From NCBI GenBank assembly GCA_002269645.1, contig NIVC01003020.1, positions 60,871 to 124,870 of the forward strand: DNA of 64,000 bases, in the 5' to 3' direction. The notes beneath the pieces were generated by a model. It was not told the DNA's origin. It worked only from the letters and a program-made list of their open reading frames with translations, and did no database searches. This stretch comes from Macrostomum lignano (lineage: Eukaryota). Positions 55,700 through 64,000 of this stretch are shown here, piece by piece. The position numbers and the translations under genes were made by a program. Each line of letters starts with the position of its first letter. Position 1 is the stretch's first letter.

Positions 55700-55867
55700 C
55701 TGCAGTGTCAGAGCGCCAGAGAGGGAGCAGCGGCAGGTGATGAGAGTCGAGCAGGCAGCAGCCAGGAGAGGCTCAGATCAGCTTTAGAAGCAGCACAGCG
55801 GAGCCCAGTGTCATCGGGCAGCCAATCAGCGGCAATCGCAAACTGCTGAGTGGGAGGCTTCGTGGAC

Positions 55868-55875
55868 TTATAATA
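55868..55875 (-). promoter_or_regulatory. Candidate TATA box of the peptide precursor gene
   Basis: TATTATAA about 170 bp upstream of the ATG. Confidence 0.35.
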
Positions 55876-57357
55876 GATACAGCTGCCATTGGCAACCAGT
55901 CCGAGAACGTCTAGGGATGAAGGAATACTATGGATTGCTCATCTGAAATAATCCATGGTCAATTTGGCTGATGAAAGTTAAAAATAATCCCCGTAGGATT
56001 TAACTCGCTGCCGAGTCAGTGTGTGGAAATCCGAAGATCGGGGAATGAGATTGAATTTTGATTTCATAGAATAGTAGCAATACAAGGATAAGCAGCCGAG
56101 AAGGAAGTTGCTCTTTCAGCGATACAATCAACGGTCCCAGTGCGTGACAATGGTTGTCTCCGGCGCGAGCCATAGACAATTCGTTGTTAAGTGCTGCGAC
56201 CGCTGATTCTTTGCATTGTACCCTTTGTCTATGGTTTTCGGCAGTAAGACTTTCGGCAATAACCCAGTTGCTTGCCGGCGGTTTTGGATTGTTGCCCGGA
56301 AAATTAACGGAAGCATTTGGCTATAGAAAAGAATCGAAGCATGAAAACTACAAACAACAAAAGCAACGAAGGAGTAACTTTGCTCCTACGGTAATGATTC
56401 TCCGGTAATAATGTTCACCTGGCGATTTACGGACGGGGATTCCAGGTGCCGTTGAATGGCCACTCGAAAACAGATGAGAAACTTCAGTGCGTAGTATGTT
56501 CCACCCTAGTTTCGAAGAGACGAATAGAAAAGCCTCAGATAATCGTTTAGGAACCGATCCGGTACAGCTCAAACTCCTGGCAGAGCCCCTTCTCATTGAG
56601 GAACTGGCGGAATCTTGCCACGTGAAGTTTTCGTTGAGTCTCGGTCCTGAGTGTTAATCCATAGTGTTCCTTCAGTCATGGAGAACGCCAAACACAGATT
56701 ACGGCTTCTCCATGCTACTTCACTCGCAGCCCTATTCCACCTTCACAAGACCGAGCAGTCGAGAGGCAGGATGTCGTATGCAATACATGAAGATGCGCTC
56801 AATGAGCTGATGCCGTTTGCTACCGCCATTTTTTTTACAAAAATGCACTCACTCACCGAACTGAACACTAATTTGGTGCCCGTTTGACTATAACCAACGG
56901 ACCAATCGACTATGGAAAATTTGCGACGAAATTTCATTCATTGATTACCTGAAAAGTGCATTAAACTGAGTACTCGCATTATCAACTCGGCTATAATTTA
57001 TTTGAGCTCTTAAGTCAGCAATATACAAAATGGGTTTGTCCTTTTTGAAATAGCTAATAAATTGAAATTTAATTGGAAATTATACTTTTTGGCAGAGGAA
57101 TGACAAAAATATTTAGTTATTTAACGTTGCGAGCTGAGCTAGCTCGTACCTGCCAGCAACATCAAGGTTGAGGCGCTCCAATCAGTATTTTAATTTGTTT
57201 TTGTGAAACTCAGAGCCATCGCGAGTCTCAGCATCTTTCAAGAATAACTTCTCAGCGGAATTCTCTGTTTCTTGACAGTTAGCAAATTTACACTTGCTCA
57301 TGTGCCTTCGATGACGGCCGTGCTGGTGCTGTGAGCTTTTTAGTGTGTGTGAATTTG

Positions 57358-57968
57358 TGCAACCAAGACACAGCTTGCAACCAAGACACAGCTTGCAACC
57401 AAGACACAGCTTGCAACCAAGACACAGCTTGCAACCAAGACACAGCTTGCAACCAAGACACAGCTTGCAACCAAGACACAGCTTGCAACCAAGACACAGC
57501 TTGCAACCAAGACACAGCTTGCAACCAAGACACAGCTTGCAACCAAGACACAGCTTGCTACCAAGACACAGCTTGCAACCAAGACACAGCTTGCAACCAA
57601 GACACATCTTGCAACCAAGACACAGCTTGCAACCAAGACACAGCTTGCAACCAAGACACAGCTTGCAACCAAGACACAGCTTGCAACCAAGACACAGCTT
57701 GCAACCAAGACACAGCTTGCAACCAAGACACAGCTTGCAACCAAGACACAGCTTGCAACCAAGACACAGCTTGCAACCAAGACACAGCTTGCAACCAAGA
57801 CACAGCTTGCAACCAAGACACAGCTTGCTACCAAGACACATCTTGCAACCAAGACACAGCTTGCAACCAAGACACAGCTTGCAACCAAGACACAGCTTGC
57901 TACCAAGACACAGCTTGCTACCAAGACACATCTTGCAACCAAGACACATCTTGCAACCAAGACAGCTT
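57358..57968. repeat. 18-bp minisatellite GCAACCAAGACACAGCTT
   Basis: About 34 highly homogeneous copies. Confidence 0.97.
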
Positions 57969-58591
57969 GCAGGCATCTCTCGCAACAGCTGAAGGCCGTC
58001 AAATGAATGAGTTGAACCAACAAACTGCCCATCCGCCCTGTCGCAGTGACGCATCGATGCACCGGCACACAGGAGCGTCGTGAAGATGAACTGAATAGAA
58101 CGCTAAATAAAGTCTTGAAGCAGATTGAAATTTATTGAAAACTGTGGATAATCCCCAACTTTAAATTAATTTAGAAGCAGAAACGGACAAAGTCAACCCA
58201 AACAAAGCGAGTGAGGGGATGCCGCATCCAGCTCGACAGCGCCTACGCTTCAAACGCAGGGCAAATCAAAAGCGCCAACATTGGGGGAGGCTTACTGAAT
58301 CTCGTAAAAGACTCGAAGGGACAGCATTGTAGGACAGAGGAATGTCACTCACAGATGCCAGAAACCAAAAAGGTACAGCACGGGCAGGATTTTCAGTTTA
58401 TACCGGACTCCTTGCCACAAGCGGAGGCCATACGGATATCAGGGAGGGCAGCTATTGAGCAGGTGGCCGAAGTACTATATGGAGAATTTGTTAATCAAAA
58501 CGCATGGGAAACGGTATAGCGACCGTTTCCTTATAGAAACCACTGACACCACCAGAAGCAAATGAAACTTGAAGTAAAGCTGCGACCGTCA

Positions 58592-60270
<1,679 letters not shown>

Positions 60271-60363
60271 GGCTTTCTGCCTGAAGCTCACCAACTAGCT
60301 ATTGGGTTTTACAGTTAGCTGAGCTGCCCCGCCAAGTGCTTGGCCTGAGTGGAGTACTCGGAG

Positions 60364-60371
60364 TTTTTATA
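60364..60371 (-). promoter_or_regulatory. Candidate TATA box of beta-tubulin
   Basis: TATAAAAA about 95 bp upstream of the ATG. Confidence 0.55.
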
Positions 60372-62617
60372 GGGACTTTGAGAGCCGGAGCCAGTGGACA
60401 GACGTCCAGAGTACAGCTCAGCAGCTGTCGATCGCGTCGCGCTGAGAATCTTCTGTCTCCTCGCAGACAGCGAAGGAACTCCCAGCGGAGGGTATTGAAG
60501 GTGTCGCGAGCAGAAAACTTCTTTAGAATTGAGGATCGCTGAGCACCTGGCTTAGATAGTTGGCTGTTAGGAGCTTAGGCTAATTCAGGCCCTCAAATAC
60601 CGAATAAAAGCTGCCTAGAGGCGGTGTGTAACGAATCCAATTTTATGCATGTATGACACTCTGCAGCAGTGGCTCACACATGCCCACCCACTCCATGCAG
60701 CATAGCTGATAGCTGATAGCTTCTACTACACAAATTCTCAGCGGAAGCTTTTGCGAAGCGAATCGTCATCGCTAAAACAGATCTTTCCGCAGCTTGCCGT
60801 GACTCATGCAGCGTGCAATGTGTTAGCCGACTCGCTTGCAGAATTATCTGGCAAGGTATAGATTTCAGACAGATGTAGCCAAAAGGGCTTCTGTGGAATT
60901 CGCACGGCTTGCGCGACTGCGACGCTGTGCGCCTGGTAAAATGTCTTTCAATAAGATGATTCAGACACACTTAGCACACTCGCTTCTTGCCTAAATCCGA
61001 TCGCTTTCTGTAACGGTCTGAGGTTTTCTGCTCTATATTATTTGGAATGTTTTAACGGATGTCCTGTATGGGCATTCTTAAGCACTTCATAACCGTATCC
61101 TGATCTATTCATTTCGCATGCAACAAGCGACGACTCGATGAGCAAAAAATGTTGAAAAATGTTTCCAAACACTTTGGAAGTTTCCTCTGTCCTTTCAATT
61201 TTCACGGTCTGATCTGACATTTTCCGTCGTCAATCAATCGAATGCTGCCTCTACCGAGTTTATTTATTAAGAGAAATTCAATCCACATCTGCGGTTTCAT
61301 ATGTATAAGGTATGATCCACTTCTCGTGGTGTCTGCTCTTTTAATTATATTCAACAATGCAAAAAGCAACACTTTCGGCTAATTCTTCCTCACATGTACT
61401 TGTAGATAATTAAATGCTCTCTGCATTCACACCGCCATCAAATGAGCCATCAACTCACACGACCGATAAACAAAGCGACAAAAAATATACAGAAGCCCTT
61501 GATCACGCGAAAAGTGGCCTTATTTGATGACGGTCTGAACGAACGTTAAGCCGTTAAATGGATTAAAGAATCTAATCCATTCCAAAGCCTAGCTGAAAAG
61601 TAAAACACATGGCATAAATTGATAATAATAATAATAATAATAATAATAATAGTAATAATACTATCTTTTAAGCCCAAATGCCGGGACCCCGAGAAAATTA
61701 TCATTTACCCAAAAAGGAGATCGATTTTTTTGCCTAAATGCCATAATCATTATTTTTTTCATTTGTAAAAAATCCATCACGTTATAACTATGACACAAAA
61801 GCCGGACTCCACGACCACCTTGCCTTGAAAATTTCTCGTCTCCGCAGTGTGTATTTTTCTCTCATGATCAGGCCCAAAATGTTTTCTAAGAAACGAGTCT
61901 CCCGTCCTAAAAGCACTAAGGCTTCGAGTAAAAATGTTGGTAACAATTAAGGACTACGGTAGTAGTCCTTGGTATTTTTATTGAAAGCAGACTTGAACAC
62001 TTTAAAGATCCCTGTAAAAACAATAGGTTTTGTGGAGAAGACAATTACAAGCTGTCCCATAATTTGTAAGCCAAGCATACGCATTGATAGCATTATTTCA
62101 GAAACAACTTAGCAGATGAGCCTATACAGATTTATGCCCTGAAAAACTCTGATCCACAGCCGTACAGACTAATTGAATAAATCTACCGTTACAAATAAAT
62201 ATGCTGAATTCAACACAATTTTAGGGTCTAAAAAGCATTTGGGCTGATTCAGTGTTTCTTTGTGTTATACTACATAGTAGCTTACGGGTCATCAAAATTC
62301 AAGTCATCAAGATATGACTCACTTTCTTAGAACGCATGGGTTTTTTATTCACTTAAGCCTTATGTTACTATTTTTCTTTATATCTATCGACATCGTCGAC
62401 GCCTCAGGGTTTAGCTTGAATTGAACTTTTAGTTTTTAGTTTATCTTGGTGTTGAACTAATCAAATCTCGTTTATAATTTTAAGTGTAGGTAATGATATT
62501 AAACCCTGTTTGTTAGAACTATGTATATTGATAATAATATTTGACTATCTACTCGTCCTAGGCCACTAGATTTTGTTTAGCACGACTATTTTTAGCCGTG
62601 ATTGATACTTAATCAAA

Positions 62618-62675
62618 ATGAGCATCTCTGGACAAAATCAATCGGAAGATGAATGTGCAGATTGTGGTAGTTTAA
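62618..62675 (+). CDS. Possible first coding exon of a gene continuing beyond the window (MSISGQNQSEDECADCGSL)
   Basis: AAAATG context and a consensus donor AA/GTAAGT in otherwise very AT-rich DNA. Confidence 0.3.
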
Positions 62676-63242
62676 GTAAGTCAACTATTTTCTCTACAAT
62701 CCAATTGCTGTTGTGTAATTCATTGTATGTATGTGTCTAAAATTATAAGCTAAACATCAAATTTATATTGCTTGTCTGGTTTAATTTAATATTTTTAAAC
62801 AATAGGCCTACATAAACAATTTTTTTGTTTTTTAATAATAACATAAGTTATAACTATTATACTGTTACTGTTATAGTGTAGGCCCTAATATAATCTATTA
62901 TTTATATGAAATTTTAGAGCAGGTATCTTCTTGAGATCTTAATTATTATATTATCTAAGCGTAAATAAATTATTCTTTGTTGATTCTATTTAAGTGCATT
63001 ATATTGGTATTTTAGCAATCTTTAGATGATAATTATTAATTGAAGTGACAATCATCACCTTAAAATTGTTTTAAATAAATCAAACTTTTAATAATATATC
63101 AAATAGTTTTTTACTATATTTAGTTAGCATTAAATTTTATTAGATCATAATTTCAATACAACCTATTCTTTTTAGTATTCTTCTTAATGGATAGGCCTAT
63201 ATTATATTTTAAAATTCAATGTTTTTTCTATGAAAATTATAG

Positions 63243-63893
63243 ACTACAGTCATTTTGGTGACAAGACATTTTGGTGACAGTTGTTTTGGTGACAAGCAAA
63301 AGTCATTTCGTTGACAAGAAAAATACCCTTTGGCTTTTGGTGGTAGCTATTTTGTTTTTAAACAGTAAAATTACCTTGCAAATCTTAAAAGATATCAAAC
63401 CTTAACTTTATATTAATTTTCTGCAATGGTTAAGTATTGCTTTATTTAATTTTGTTTATATACAATTCCAGAGTTGGGATCTTTTGAATTTATATATTTT
63501 CCTATCCAATTGTGTCTAGTCTAGTGAATATCTCTGCTTTTCTCATAGTCAGCATTTCATAAGGATTCTCTATAGGTTTATGGTTTATATGTCTGAATAT
63601 TCTAAGACAATTTAAAATTATCTATACAAAAAGAAAACCATATAATTAGTTTGATTTCTTTTCCTACAACTAATTTTTCGATGGAAATTTTCAAATATGA
63701 AGAAAGCATAAATCTTAATAAAATAACTACAAGCTGATATTATGAAGCACCTATCACAAAAATGACTATACTTATAAATTCTTTAATTTTTTATCAAAAA
63801 TAAAGCATGTCTATAACAAAAGCTACTTGTCACTGAAACAACTATTTGTCACTGAAACTTCTATCACTAAAATGACCAGTACCCAAAATTATA
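63243..63893. mobile_element. Degenerate MITE-like element with reiterated subterminal TTTTGGTGACAAG motifs
   Basis: CAGTCATTTTGGTGACAAG.. at the left inverted against TTGTCACTGAAA..ATCACTAAAATGACCAGT at the right. Confidence 0.5.
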
Positions 63894-64000
63894 TTACAAA
63901 GCTTAAAAGTAAAGTGTCAATTTACTCTTGCATTGAATGATAAAATTAAGCTTTATTATTTTGATTTTTGAAAAACTTGCTATATGCTATATAGTAAGAT

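Noticed and set aside
57182-58083. ORFs of LGCKLC, NQDTAC and QPRHSL repeats
   Set aside because: An 18-bp unit without stops gives open frames on both strands; no splice or coding evidence
58211-58519. Possible LINE fragment downstream of beta-tubulin
   Set aside because: Only a vague YFGHLL resemblance with many stops; not supportable
63460-63580. SWDLLNLYIFLSNC as an ArfGAP second exon
   Set aside because: The required Cys residues are misplaced, a stop follows, and it lies inside a MITE-like element

Overview
Eukaryotic (metazoan) genomic DNA with GC-rich exons, AT-rich spacers and introns filled by minisatellites. The style suggests a flatworm such as Macrostomum; this is inference only. 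I built spliced gene models by hand, checking splice phases: an intronless multi-zinc-finger ORF, TOM20, LIN52 (head-to-head with TOM20), a calmodulin/centrin-like EF-hand gene, an intronless CLK/LAMMER kinase, an MS4A/CD20-like gene, tRNA-Arg(ACG), MCCC1 (one-base frameshift), a 13-exon MROH1, a two-exon neuropeptide-like precursor and a divergent beta-tubulin. Mobile DNA includes two THAP-bearing P-element-like elements with perfect 8-bp TSDs, a complete tRNA-derived SINE, RTE retrotransposon fragments, a decayed mariner-like element and several MITEs. The most unusual items are a 265-bp TIR/TSD-bounded element carrying a 64-nt piece of the conserved 28S rRNA helix-69/R2-target region, and an MROH1 intron made of about 24 tandem copies of its own 3' splice site. 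No database search could be run, so family calls rest on remembered motifs and novelty is unverified.
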